Assembly (NCBI GenBank): GCA_045634745.1
Contig: JAZRAX010000028.1
Span: 1,674 to 65,673 of the forward strand
Source: Acetatifactor sp.
GTDB lineage: Bacteria > Bacillota > Clostridia > Lachnospirales > Lachnospiraceae
DNA length: 64,000 nt
Reading direction: 5' to 3'
The position numbers and the translations under genes were made by a program. Below, piece after piece: positions 38,832 through 48,404 of the stretch. Position 1 is the stretch's first letter. Every line of letters starts with the position of its first letter. The notes below the pieces were generated by a model. That model was not told where the DNA came from, ran no database searches, and saw only the letters and a program-made list of their open reading frames with translations.

Positions 38832-41009
38832 TTAGTTAAGTGTATTGTAGTAGTTTACAAGGCTGTCCCATGCAATCTGCTTTAATGCAAGATAACCGGT
38901 ACCATTCCATGTGCCACTTACGGTTGAAACAACATCTGCTCTTGAAGAAGTGCCATCTCCTGAGTATCCCTTAGCGATGATATCTACGAAGAGGTTCTCG
39001 CCACCCTTAGAGGATGAGAACTTACCCTTAGAAGTAAGCTCAGAGTAGCTAGCGAGCATTTCGTTTTCCTGCTTGGTGTTAGGAAGAACGGTAGGAATTG
39101 AAGTATACCAAGGATTCTCGGTAATAGCCAATTCAGGATGCTTAATGGTTCCTAAAGCGATAGCTGTAGAAATCTTTCCAGCACCTTCCTTACCAACTTC
39201 ATGTGTACACTGATACTCGAATGCCTGGCTCTTTACGAATGATAAAGTAGAACCTAAGAACTGACGAGCATAGTTGGTGTAGTTACCAGAAGCCTTATCC
39301 CACAATTCTGCATAAGTTGCATCTGCGATAACAGGCATTTCATCACCGTTGAAGTTGAAGGTTACGCCTTCCTTAATAAATGCTGCAGGACCATAAGACA
39401 TTAAAATCTGTCCTTCAGGGCTGTAAGCATAGTCGATTAATGCAAGAGCTGCATTTAACTTGTTGGTATCTTCGCCAACACCAGCCTTAGAGATTGCCCA
39501 ACCATCAGTCTTAACTGATCTCCAAGACTCAGTAAATCTCATGTAAACGCCGCCTTCAGTACCATCGAACCAAAGAGCTACAGGTACCATAACTGCCATG
39601 TACTTCTCGCCATCCTGTAACTGTGTCTCATTGTAAACAGTCTGAGTCTGGTTGTAATCATAGTGCATGAAACCAGCATCATTAGCAAGCATAGTCTTTG
39701 TATCAGTATCTTCCATGTTAATGAAAGAAGAAGCGATTAAGCCTTCCTGTGCCATTGCATTCATCTTCTCAAGTGCAATGTAAGTAGCTTCTTCCTGACG
39801 AGCGTCATGAAGTAATCCGTCAGTACCTACATAGAGATAATCCTGTCTAGACTCTAAACCACGAACACCGAAAAGAGTTCCTGCAAAACGGAACATATCA
39901 ACACGTCTCTGAGTATTGTCATCTTCACGAGAGAACAAACCAGCTACAGTATCAGTACCATTTAAGGTCTGAGGGTTAGCAACTACACAACGAAGTAAAG
40001 CCACAAGTTCATCAGCATCCCAAGCTGCATTCTGACCAATGAAGAGGTCTGCACGGTTGGTGCCATAATATCCGTTGTATGCGGTATCGATGTAATCACG
40101 AAGCATGTTAACTGCATCTACACCGGTAAGACCAGCTGCTGCATTCATATTAGCAACGATATTACCTGCTGCATCATAATCCTTAGTAACACTTTCAACT
40201 GCAGTACCTGCAGCGTTAACTACGTCTACTTCTACCTTACCGCTTGTAGGCATGTAAGGCTCATAAACTGCTGCTGCAACATTGTTGCTAGCATCTGCAA
40301 CGAAGTCGCCTTCGCCGTTAAGAAGCTTTTCTACCCAGTCAGTACGCATCAAAGGCATACGCTCGATATCGTTTACACCATCAAAGTAAGGTGAGAAGTA
40401 AATAGCACCTGTAGAGGTGTCACCTGTAATGGAAAGGCGAACGATAGGGTTAGCATTTAAGTAAGCCTTAAAGTTAGGCATGTAATCAAGGTAATCAGCG
40501 ATATTGATAAGGCTGCCTGCTACACCAGCTTCTGAAAGCTGAGATGCAGAACCGGATACCATATCCACCTGATCAAGCTGCTGCTGCCAGTACTCAAATT
40601 CCTTTGAAGCACTGTTGCCCTGATATTTGTTTTCGAAAGCTACACCAAGTACATTCTGTACTTCAACCCAAGTCGGCTTTAAATCGCCTGCCTGATAGGT
40701 AATACCATCAGCCAAGGTGATACCTTCGCCTGCAACTTCTGCATCGAAGAACAAACCTGTCTTAGCGTTGTTGTAACCAGTTGCCATACGAAGAGATGTA
40801 CCGGTTGCATACTCCAACTTAAGTACTTCTTCTACCACGGGGTCTGAAGTTTCAGAACCACCAGTTGATCCTGTATCGCCTGTGGTTGTATCACCAGTTG
40901 AAGTTCCGGTAGACGGAAGGTTTTCAACTTCGGGAGCGCCACATGCAGCAAGTGTACCAACAGATAATGCTGCAGCGAGTACAAGAGAAAGAATCTTGCT
41001 CTTTTTCAT
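38832..41009 (-). CDS. Extracellular solute-binding lipoprotein, unusually large
   Basis: Lipobox LAAC, Thr/Gly-rich linker, SBP-like segments (LINIADYLDYMPNF, GAIYFSPY) and a position after two permeases. Confidence 0.85.
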   Translation of the reverse strand: MKKSKILSLVLAAALSVGTLAACGAPEVENLPSTGTSTGDTTTGDTGSTGGSETSDPVVEEVLKLEYATGTSLRMATGYNNAKTGLFFDAEVAGEGITLADGITYQAGDLKPTWVEVQNVLGVAFENKYQGNSASKEFEYWQQQLDQVDMVSGSASQLSEAGVAGSLINIADYLDYMPNFKAYLNANPIVRLSITGDTSTGAIYFSPYFDGVNDIERMPLMRTDWVEKLLNGEGDFVADASNNVAAAVYEPYMPTSGKVEVDVVNAAGTAVESVTKDYDAAGNIVANMNAAAGLTGVDAVNMLRDYIDTAYNGYYGTNRADLFIGQNAAWDADELVALLRCVVANPQTLNGTDTVAGLFSREDDNTQRRVDMFRFAGTLFGVRGLESRQDYLYVGTDGLLHDARQEEATYIALEKMNAMAQEGLIASSFINMEDTDTKTMLANDAGFMHYDYNQTQTVYNETQLQDGEKYMAVMVPVALWFDGTEGGVYMRFTESWRSVKTDGWAISKAGVGEDTNKLNAALALIDYAYSPEGQILMSYGPAAFIKEGVTFNFNGDEMPVIADATYAELWDKASGNYTNYARQFLGSTLSFVKSQAFEYQCTHEVGKEGAGKISTAIALGTIKHPELAITENPWYTSIPTVLPNTKQENEMLASYSELTSKGKFSSSKGGENLFVDIIAKGYSGDGTSSRADVVSTVSGTWNGTGYLALKQIAWDSLVNYYNTLN

Positions 41010-41083
41010 TTTGAATCCTCCTAAAATCTTTTATATTATTAAGCGTCCATCGCATAATAACCAACATTGTTAACAGTGAACTT

Positions 41084-41974
41084 TTATTCCTTAACACCAC
41101 CGGCATTTGCGCCCTTAGCAAAATACTTCTGGATGAAAGGATAAATAATAAGTACCGGAATAATGGAGCAAACGATTAATGCATAAATAACGGAATCGGA
41201 TGCATACGCCTTATCCCAGCCGGTCATAATGTCCGGATCCTGGAACTCTTCCAATTTCAAACGGATAAATACCTGCAACGGATGCTCATTTAAGTTGCTA
41301 ATCATCTGTCTTGCCCAGAAGTAACCATTCCATCTGGAAATTGCAAAGAACAAAGCAACAGTTGCGATTGTGGACTTACTCATAGGAATATATACATTAG
41401 TAAGTACCTGGATTTCAGTAGCACCATCTACAATAGCTGCCTCTTCAATTTCGGAAGGTACGCCTTCGAATGCATTACGAAGAAGGATAATATTCATAGC
41501 TGCCATACCCATGGCAATTACTACCAACCACTTATCATCGGTAATACCAAACTTGTTAAACACCTTCTGAGTATCCAGGTAGTTCAAATACTGAGGTACC
41601 AAACCTGCTGAGAACCACATGGTAAATACCAAGTAGAAATTGAAGCCTGTACGGAACAACAATCTCTTCTTAGAAAGTGCATAACCGCCAAGGATTGCTA
41701 CACCCATTGCCCAAAGAGTACCATAAAATGTCAGGAACAATGTATTTGTATAAGAGTTCCAGAACATATTATTGTTAAACATTTCTGCGAAAGCCTCAAA
41801 CTGAAGGTCCTTCGGAAGCAATACAATCTGTCCGTACTCTACCATTTCTCTTCCACTAATTGCTGCCGAAATAGCGTAAAGGAAAGGATACAAACAACAA
41901 ATTGCAAATATGGTAAGAAATACGTAACTTATAATTTTAAATATAAGTTCGGATACTTCAAGTTTTCTTTTCAT
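41084..41974 (-). CDS. Carbohydrate ABC permease (MalG-type)
   Basis: EAA motif EIEEAAIVDGA and WNGYFW. Confidence 0.93.
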   Translation of the reverse strand: MKRKLEVSELIFKIISYVFLTIFAICCLYPFLYAISAAISGREMVEYGQIVLLPKDLQFEAFAEMFNNNMFWNSYTNTLFLTFYGTLWAMGVAILGGYALSKKRLLFRTGFNFYLVFTMWFSAGLVPQYLNYLDTQKVFNKFGITDDKWLVVIAMGMAAMNIILLRNAFEGVPSEIEEAAIVDGATEIQVLTNVYIPMSKSTIATVALFFAISRWNGYFWARQMISNLNEHPLQVFIRLKLEEFQDPDIMTGWDKAYASDSVIYALIVCSIIPVLIIYPFIQKYFAKGANAGGVKE

Positions 41975-41988
41975 TTAGAAGTTCCTCC

Positions 41989-43047
41989 TTAATATAATGA
42001 TACATCAGATGCCTTGCGGGCAATCGTGTTAGCACTGATAACGAGCAACATACCTACTACGTTGTTTAACATTTCCGCTGCGGATGAAATACCAATAAGA
42101 CCACTTTCAATACCGTATCTCTGTGCAAAGGTAGAAACCACATCTGCCGTTACGTAGGTATTAGGATTGTAAAGCAACAATACTTTTTCGTAACCAATGT
42201 TAAGAAGGGAACCGATACGTGTAATCAACATAATTACGATGGTTGAAAGAATGGAGGGAAGTACTACATATCTCATCTGTGCCATCTTTCCTGCACCGTC
42301 AATCTGCGCCGCTTCATAGCTTGTCAGCGAAATCGCAATAATTGCAGAGAAGAAAATGATACTGTCGTATCCTGCCGTCTCCCAAATACCACTAATCTGA
42401 TAAATCGCTCTGAAATACTCCGGCATGTTCAAAAGTCCAGCCTGACCGATTTCAGGAGTAATTGCTCCGATACTTACCAGAAATCTGGAAATAACACCCA
42501 TTTCAATTCCTGCAAGAGGAGATGCCTGACGAACAAGCATGGTTACCAGGGAGGTCATAACTACAGTTGACATGAACTTAGGCAAATATGTAATAACCTG
42601 GTAAATACTTCTTGCAATGTTGGAACGAATCTCATTGAAGAAAAGTGCTATAATAATCGGCATCGGGAAACCAAACAACAATCCGTAAAAGCTAAGTAAG
42701 AATGTGTTACGGAAAGCTGCCCAGAATTCTGTGGACATGGAACCTTCGCCCACAAATAATTCCTTGAAGTAATGGAAACCTACATACAACTGGTCTGCAA
42801 CCGGCAGGTTTGCATCATCTACTTTGAAACATCCCAAAAGTTCGTACATTGGGAAGTATCTCCAGAACAAGAATACCAGGAACATCGGTATGATCATAAG
42901 ATACAAACGCCAATCCTTCAAAATGGTACGTCCCACATTCAGCCAATAATGTTTCTCTACATCATCTCTAACTGCCTGCTCCGGATCTTCATGATATTTC
43001 CCCGTCACTTTGTCATATACGAGGTAATCGTCCGCTTTGATTTTCAT
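41989..43047 (-). CDS. Carbohydrate ABC permease (LplB/YteP-type)
   Basis: YEAAQIDGAG..QMRYV.LP and FRNTFLLS. Confidence 0.93.
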   Translation of the reverse strand: MKIKADDYLVYDKVTGKYHEDPEQAVRDDVEKHYWLNVGRTILKDWRLYLMIIPMFLVFLFWRYFPMYELLGCFKVDDANLPVADQLYVGFHYFKELFVGEGSMSTEFWAAFRNTFLLSFYGLLFGFPMPIIIALFFNEIRSNIARSIYQVITYLPKFMSTVVMTSLVTMLVRQASPLAGIEMGVISRFLVSIGAITPEIGQAGLLNMPEYFRAIYQISGIWETAGYDSIIFFSAIIAISLTSYEAAQIDGAGKMAQMRYVVLPSILSTIVIMLITRIGSLLNIGYEKVLLLYNPNTYVTADVVSTFAQRYGIESGLIGISSAAEMLNNVVGMLLVISANTIARKASDVSLY

Positions 43048-43080
43048 AAAAAACTTCCTCCGTTCCTTGAACCATTCTAT

Positions 43081-43659
43081 CTAATAAATGTTATCTTCTT
43101 CATCTTCTTCCCATACTCTCTGCAAATATGCTTTCTGGTCTTCTATCATGCCATCGCATTTTCCAAGAATATGAAGAATCATTACTGCAAACAGCAGCGA
43201 CATAATGTCTGTTGTAATATATACGGTAAAGGCTGTGAAATCTCCTCCAAAGAAAAGTGATATAATCCATCTGCCCAACACCATTCCCACATATGCTACC
43301 ATTGCAAATAAGACTTTATTCAAAAATCCGTTTTGAATCTTTTCTTTTCCCAAATACTTCATAAGCAACATAGCAATCAATGCAAACATATTACCGATGC
43401 AGTATATTATGTATTGCTCTATATTCGCTCCGGATATAATGCAGACCACCAAGCCTCCAATCGCTGCAACAATCGCTGCATATCCGTTCCACCGCATCAT
43501 GACCGCACATACAAGTGCAAGTGTTATGGATAATGCTACCGGCTGTAAATAAAACCACTTTATGGTAGCCATGGTGGTGATTGTTTCAAAAATCACTGTC
43601 ATTACAATCCACATCATCAGGTCAACATTGCGATATTGTTCTACTGTAATTCGTCTCAT
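43081..43659 (-). CDS. Hypothetical membrane protein heading the ABC operon
   Basis: 192 aa with about 6 hydrophobic segments and an acidic C-tail. Confidence 0.75.
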   Translation of the reverse strand: MRRITVEQYRNVDLMMWIVMTVIFETITTMATIKWFYLQPVALSITLALVCAVMMRWNGYAAIVAAIGGLVVCIISGANIEQYIIYCIGNMFALIAMLLMKYLGKEKIQNGFLNKVLFAMVAYVGMVLGRWIISLFFGGDFTAFTVYITTDIMSLLFAVMILHILGKCDGMIEDQKAYLQRVWEEDEEDNIY

Positions 43660-43737
43660 AATCTTCCAACTTTATACACAAAAATCCCAAGTCACAAAAT
43701 TTGTATTATCATTGTAACTTACTTGCAAATATATTTC

Positions 43738-43783
43738 CTTGATTTTTTTGATTATCCATTTTTAATATCTTAATTTTTTTGAC
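43738..43783. promoter_or_regulatory. Direct repeats CTTGATTTTTTTGAT / CTTAATTTTTTTGAC, 31 bp apart
   Basis: Read directly upstream of the ABC operon; a third partial copy is at 43907-43920. Confidence 0.5.
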
Positions 43784-43859
43784 GCCTTATTTTAAAAATA
43801 ACTGTCAATGTACAAAACTCGCTTTGTTTTTTGTGCACTTTGCACAATTTAAGTCCGAG

Positions 43860-43886
43860 TGTAACCGCTTACGGTAAGCGGTTACA
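43860..43886. promoter_or_regulatory. Perfect 13+1+13 palindrome made of two cre/LacI-type half sites
   Basis: TGTAACCGCTTAC-G-GTAAGCGGTTACA; each half is one mismatch from the cre consensus TGWNANCGNTNWCA. Confidence 0.6.
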
Positions 43887-43916
43887 TCCGCTCTGTTTCA
43901 TCAAATCTTAATTTTT

Positions 43917-44780
43917 TTACATCAAATCCTGGTTGCGGATTCCATCCATATCATCAAAATCCTGATTCTCACCAACCATCCCCCAAATAAAGGTATAAGC
44001 CCTGCTTCCGCCACCGGAATGAATGGACCAGCTGGGAGAAATAACCGCCTGCTCATTTCTCATAACAATGTGACGTGTTTCCTGTGCCTGTCCCATATAA
44101 TGCATTACAAAAGCATCTTCAGGTAAATCAAAGTACAAATATACTTCCATTCTTCTGTCATGTGTGTGACAAGGCATGGTGTTCCACACACTACCCGGCT
44201 TCAGACTGGTCATACCCATAACTAACTGACAGCTTTCCACCTGTCCGGGCAAAATGTACTTACAGATCACTCTGTGATTTGCATCCTCCAGACAACCAAG
44301 CTCTACCTTATTTTCGTCCTTCACAATAACTACGCCATCTTCCGATGTACCCTCTCTCTTAATCACCACGGTAGGATAGGTCTTGTGTGCAGGTGCACTG
44401 TTAAAATAGAACTTCGCAGGATTCTTCTGATCCACGCTGTCAAAGCTGATATCTCTCTTACCCATACCGATATACATACCGTCTCTGCTTTCAATACGGT
44501 ACTGTACACCATCTATTGTAATAATACCAGCTCCGCCAATATTAATAACGCCCATTTCACGTCTCTGCAGGAAATACTCCGCACGAAGCTCGTCGCCAAC
44601 CGCAAGCACTAAGGTCTTGCCCACCGGCATGGCGCCACCGGTAATAATACGATCCACATAGCTATAAACACTGGTAATTTCATTTTCTACAAATATCTTC
44701 TCAATTAAATACTCCTCGCGCAAGCGCTTGGTATCAAAAGTCTTCATATCCTGTGGAGATGTTGCATATCTTGTTTCCAT
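43917..44780 (-). CDS. kduI: 4-deoxy-L-threo-5-hexosulose-uronate ketol-isomerase
   Basis: [40 protein letters not shown] and SPSWSIHSG. Start at ATG 44780. Confidence 0.96.
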   Translation of the reverse strand: METRYATSPQDMKTFDTKRLREEYLIEKIFVENEITSVYSYVDRIITGGAMPVGKTLVLAVGDELRAEYFLQRREMGVINIGGAGIITIDGVQYRIESRDGMYIGMGKRDISFDSVDQKNPAKFYFNSAPAHKTYPTVVIKREGTSEDGVVIVKDENKVELGCLEDANHRVICKYILPGQVESCQLVMGMTSLKPGSVWNTMPCHTHDRRMEVYLYFDLPEDAFVMHYMGQAQETRHIVMRNEQAVISPSWSIHSGGGSRAYTFIWGMVGENQDFDDMDGIRNQDLM

Positions 44781-44957
44781 GTATCGAAACCCGTCCCTTC
44801 TCAAAATAAATTTATATAGTATTTTTATCATATCACTTAAAGCCACATATTGCAATGTAATCTTTTTCATTTTATTATAGATATATTTTTACTCGATACC
44901 GAAACATATATTATCCATATATTTACTTTACTCCGCTATATTCATATGTTGGCATAT

Positions 44958-46013
44958 TTACTCTATTCCAAAATATACATCAACTCCGTTTGCGATACCG
45001 GCCACAATCTTGTCCTGATAATCCTCCGTGGCCATCAGTGCATCTTCTTCCTGATTGGTCATATACCCCATTTCCACGATAGTAACCGGCACCTGACACC
45101 AATTAATGCCACTCATGGTATCTGTTTCCCAAACCTTCCGCCTTTTACAACCGGTAGCCGCCACCATTTCATCCAGCACCGCCACTGACAACGCCTTGCT
45201 TTCTTCATATAACGAAGCATTGTAGGGATTATTCTTGGTCTGGCAAAGTGTCATTGCCCCATGCACCGACGCATCTTCAGCTCCATTGGCATGAATACGT
45301 ATGAACGCATCCGCTCCTGCATCATTAGCCACCTGTGCACGTTCACTGTTACTTATATCCACATCATGTGTAGTTCTGACCATCAGCACCTCATAGCCTC
45401 TGTCAAGCAGTTCCTCCTCCAATTTCAGCGCCACCGCCAGATTTAGTTCATACTCTGCCCAGCCACTGACACAGCCCGTAGTTCCGCTGGATACCTTAGC
45501 CTTCATCTCTGTTGCCCCGGGACCTACCGGCTCTTTTTCTTTATTTCCCTTGGCCTGATGACCTGCATCAATGACCACCAGATATCCATTGGCACTATCT
45601 GACTTTTCCTTCAAATACCGGCTGGCCACATAATACACGCTACCATCCAAAAGAATCCTGCTCCACTCACCATCCTCCGAAATCACGCCCACTTCTGCTC
45701 TGCGGCTTAAAACTGTATAGATCTCACTCTCCGTAGAGGGTGCGATTCTGACACGGAGCTTATCCGTGGTGTATTTTACCATTTGTATTTCGGGCAAGGG
45801 TGTTAGTACCGGCGTAGATGTAGGTTGTGGAGTTGCTGTAGGCTCCGGGGGTGCTGTGGGCTCGGGAGTTTCTGTTTGTTCCGGCACTGCCGTAAAATCT
45901 GGGTTTGCCACGCGCTCCACTTCTACCTCTACATACTGCGTTTTTTCACTTCCACAGCCAGCCAACATTACACATACACCTAAAAGCACCATATATTTTA
46001 ATACTTTCCTCAT
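44958..46013 (-). CDS. N-acetylmuramoyl-L-alanine amidase lipoprotein with SH3 domain
   Basis: Lipobox LAGC, PT-rich linker, SH3b domain, and Amidase_3 motifs VVIDAGHQ, FIRIHANG and IVEMGYMTN. Confidence 0.92.
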   Translation of the reverse strand: MRKVLKYMVLLGVCVMLAGCGSEKTQYVEVEVERVANPDFTAVPEQTETPEPTAPPEPTATPQPTSTPVLTPLPEIQMVKYTTDKLRVRIAPSTESEIYTVLSRRAEVGVISEDGEWSRILLDGSVYYVASRYLKEKSDSANGYLVVIDAGHQAKGNKEKEPVGPGATEMKAKVSSGTTGCVSGWAEYELNLAVALKLEEELLDRGYEVLMVRTTHDVDISNSERAQVANDAGADAFIRIHANGAEDASVHGAMTLCQTKNNPYNASLYEESKALSVAVLDEMVAATGCKRRKVWETDTMSGINWCQVPVTIVEMGYMTNQEEDALMATEDYQDKIVAGIANGVDVYFGIE

Positions 46014-46131
46014 ACACTACTTACTCCTGCTTATCTAATTCTATATCCCTAATTATCTACCACCCCTTCCCTTCTTGTCAATCCCACGCATTTTTACCCT
46101 CATCTAACCCATTACTCATAAAATGCACTTT

Positions 46132-46299
46132 GGGTATAAATACTCTATTATGCATGGTTAATACCCACAAAAACACAAATCTCCGGGTATAAGAGTTGAA
46201 ATTCCTTTATTTATACCCAAACAGCCTTTAAAATACTTATAAATTGTCATTTTCAGCTTCCATTTGGGTACTAAACCTCCAAAAACGTTCATTCTACCC
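46132..46299. repeat. Three GGGTA...TACCC inverted units (34-35 bp each)
   Basis: Units at 46132-46166, 46185-46218 and 46266-46299, often extended to TTTGGGTA / TACCCAAA. Confidence 0.7.
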
Positions 46300-46405
46300 A
46301 AAACATAAATTTTACACTAAAATCCAGCCACTTTGCGTCTGCCGTGCTTCGCATTTTTGATTTTGTCATTCTATTGTTGCTTGTTCCCCCTATCACAAAG
46401 AAGCA

Positions 46406-48046
46406 CTACGCCACGCTGCGTAATGCTTCTTCCACCTTATCATATCTGGGTGCGTCCAGCACCTTTAACAGACTTTCATAAGGGTCCTTTATTTCTTTTT
46501 TCGCCGCTACTTTTGCCGCATTCTGGGAAAAGCCGGAAAGCAGACACAAACCACTTTCATTATCTACCATAGGAATGGTGTCGGTACGTCCGCACAAATT
46601 CCAGAAAATCAGGCGAGGCATGGTGTAGCCTGCCGCCTTGTACTCCTCTGCAATTTGCTCAAACAACGCGTCATCCACTGAACCGCCCACCCATGTACCG
46701 GTTCTCCAGTCATACGCTCGGCTGGTGGCACAGTCAAACTCCATATCCGAAAGCACCAGCACCTGCTTAGGCAACTGTTCCTGTGGTACCTGATTACTTA
46801 CCGCCATGGCAAGGAGCATGTCAAACACCGCCTTGATGTTAGTATTTGCCACTTCATTGTGCGCCAGCATGATTTCCAGCTTATCTTTAAGAGAGCTTCC
46901 CTTCTCCAAATCGATAAACTTTGGCGTCATACTAAAGGTAATAGCCTTATTATGGAACACGCCCTGTAACTGCTCGGCAAAGTAAATGGCCAAAGAATTA
47001 CACACCTCCAAAGCCCTTACGCTACTGCTACCACTTACACAGCTGAACATACTGCCGGAACCGTCTGCCACTACGATACAGCCGTCCAGTCCCCAGTCAT
47101 TCTGAAAACCCTGCCTCGTAATAATTTCCCACATAAGCTCTGCCAAAACGTCCTCTTTCAAGGTTCTGGAATAACTTGCAAAATAGTCTTTCATATATCT
47201 GTGCACGATTTCGTAAGGCATAAGACCGGTAGCATTCAGCTTACCCTCCCCAAGCAAAACTGCTCTCAGATACTCTGCACGTCTTTCCTTATCGTGCTTG
47301 TAGAAGGCATTGTCGTACAGAAGGTTTGCCTTTGCCGGTACCGCCTCATAGTCCACCGTCTCCCACGCACCTGCTGAAAGCTTGGTTTCCAGCACATTAC
47401 CATAAGCTCGGAGGCTCGCCAAAAGCTTACGGTACTCCTTGGAAGAATAGCCCATGCCCCTTGCCAAAATTGCCGCATACTCACGACTTTCCTTGGAAGA
47501 AGTATTCACACTGGGTAACCACTTAGCCAAAAGTGAAATACTCCTGCCCTCATTCATGCATCCCAAATCGTGCATCAGCTGTCCCTTGATAAATTTGCAA
47601 ACCTCTTTGCGAAGAGGGGTATCCAAATACACCAGCAAATCATCATATCTGCCATATTCCGGCACCAGCTTCATAACCGCCAGGGCAATCTTTGGCTGAG
47701 AAACTGCCAAATACTTCAAGCAAATACGAAAGCTTCTTCTTTCGCCCAGACCTTCCCAAATGTCACGCAAGAAAAACAGCCACTTCACCGCATGGACTCT
47801 ATCCTGCATAAATGCCTTGATAAATTCACCAGTAATATATTCCTCCGTTCTGCATCTTAAGGAAGAAACCTTAAAATTCAAATCCAACAACGGGTTGGTA
47901 GTGGTTTTGTAACCTACCGCACCATTCTCAGTCACTGACCGATTATTATAATTTTTCAAAAAGTGTACTGCATGAGCACGAGTAATGTCCACACTGTCAA
48001 TTTCTTTTTGAATATCCTTATTATCAAATCTCACTGCTCTCTGCAT
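46406..48046 (-). CDS. DUF2828-family vWA / Ro60-TROVE-like protein
   Basis: TENGAVGYKTT..PLLDL, LRDIWEGLGER, AKWLPS, MIDAS-like VVADGSGSM, LSDMEFD and LIFWNL. Start at ATG 48046 behind AGGAAAGGTGG. Confidence 0.8.
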   Translation of the reverse strand: MQRAVRFDNKDIQKEIDSVDITRAHAVHFLKNYNNRSVTENGAVGYKTTTNPLLDLNFKVSSLRCRTEEYITGEFIKAFMQDRVHAVKWLFFLRDIWEGLGERRSFRICLKYLAVSQPKIALAVMKLVPEYGRYDDLLVYLDTPLRKEVCKFIKGQLMHDLGCMNEGRSISLLAKWLPSVNTSSKESREYAAILARGMGYSSKEYRKLLASLRAYGNVLETKLSAGAWETVDYEAVPAKANLLYDNAFYKHDKERRAEYLRAVLLGEGKLNATGLMPYEIVHRYMKDYFASYSRTLKEDVLAELMWEIITRQGFQNDWGLDGCIVVADGSGSMFSCVSGSSSVRALEVCNSLAIYFAEQLQGVFHNKAITFSMTPKFIDLEKGSSLKDKLEIMLAHNEVANTNIKAVFDMLLAMAVSNQVPQEQLPKQVLVLSDMEFDCATSRAYDWRTGTWVGGSVDDALFEQIAEEYKAAGYTMPRLIFWNLCGRTDTIPMVDNESGLCLLSGFSQNAAKVAAKKEIKDPYESLLKVLDAPRYDKVEEALRSVA

Positions 48047-48139
48047 AAGTACCACCTTTCCTGCTTTTCCACAAAGCACTCTTCACGCTCTGCAAGCCTT
48101 TGACCATAAAGCCACTGCTCTGCCAAGCTTCTTTAAGCG

Positions 48140-48290
48140 AAAAACGCGCCCAAGGTGCACCTTGGGCAACGACTCTCAACCAGACGCAATTTAAATGCTT
48201 AAGCCTTGCACAGGCTTCGCGCTTTGATCATCCATAGTTTTCTTTAAATTTTAAGGGATTGCTGTAAGCGTCTGTCTGTTTTTGTTTACA
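48140..48290 (-). ncRNA. Candidate structured leader / small RNA upstream of DUF2828
   Basis: CAGACGC(TTACA)GCAAT pairs with ATTGCGTCTG and encloses an AAGCCT-GTGCA-AGGCTT hairpin. It ends in the perfect palindrome GCCCAAGGTGCACCTTGGGC followed by GCGTTTTT. Confidence 0.5.
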
Positions 48291-48295
48291 CTGAC

Positions 48296-48324
48296 ACTAT
48301 AACACGCCTAAAACACTTTGTCAT
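48296..48324 (-). promoter_or_regulatory. Sigma-A promoter for the leader/DUF2828 unit
   Basis: ATGACA-N17-TATAGT with a TG extension. Confidence 0.65.
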
Positions 48325-48362
48325 TTAACCCGTGGTTTAAAATATCTGTTTTCATCCCATCA

Positions 48363-48389
48363 AAAAGCCCCGCCTTGGGCGGGGCTTTT
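48363..48389. terminator. Terminator after pyrF
   Basis: AAAAGCCCCGCC-TT-GGGCGGGGCTTTT. Confidence 0.85.
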
Positions 48390-48404
48390 ATCTACTTTAA
48401 ATTT

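Noticed and set aside
46132-46299. CsoR operator interpretation of the TACCC/GGGTA motifs
   Set aside because: Orientation and spacing do not fit the compact CsoR site, and copA is about 11 kb away.
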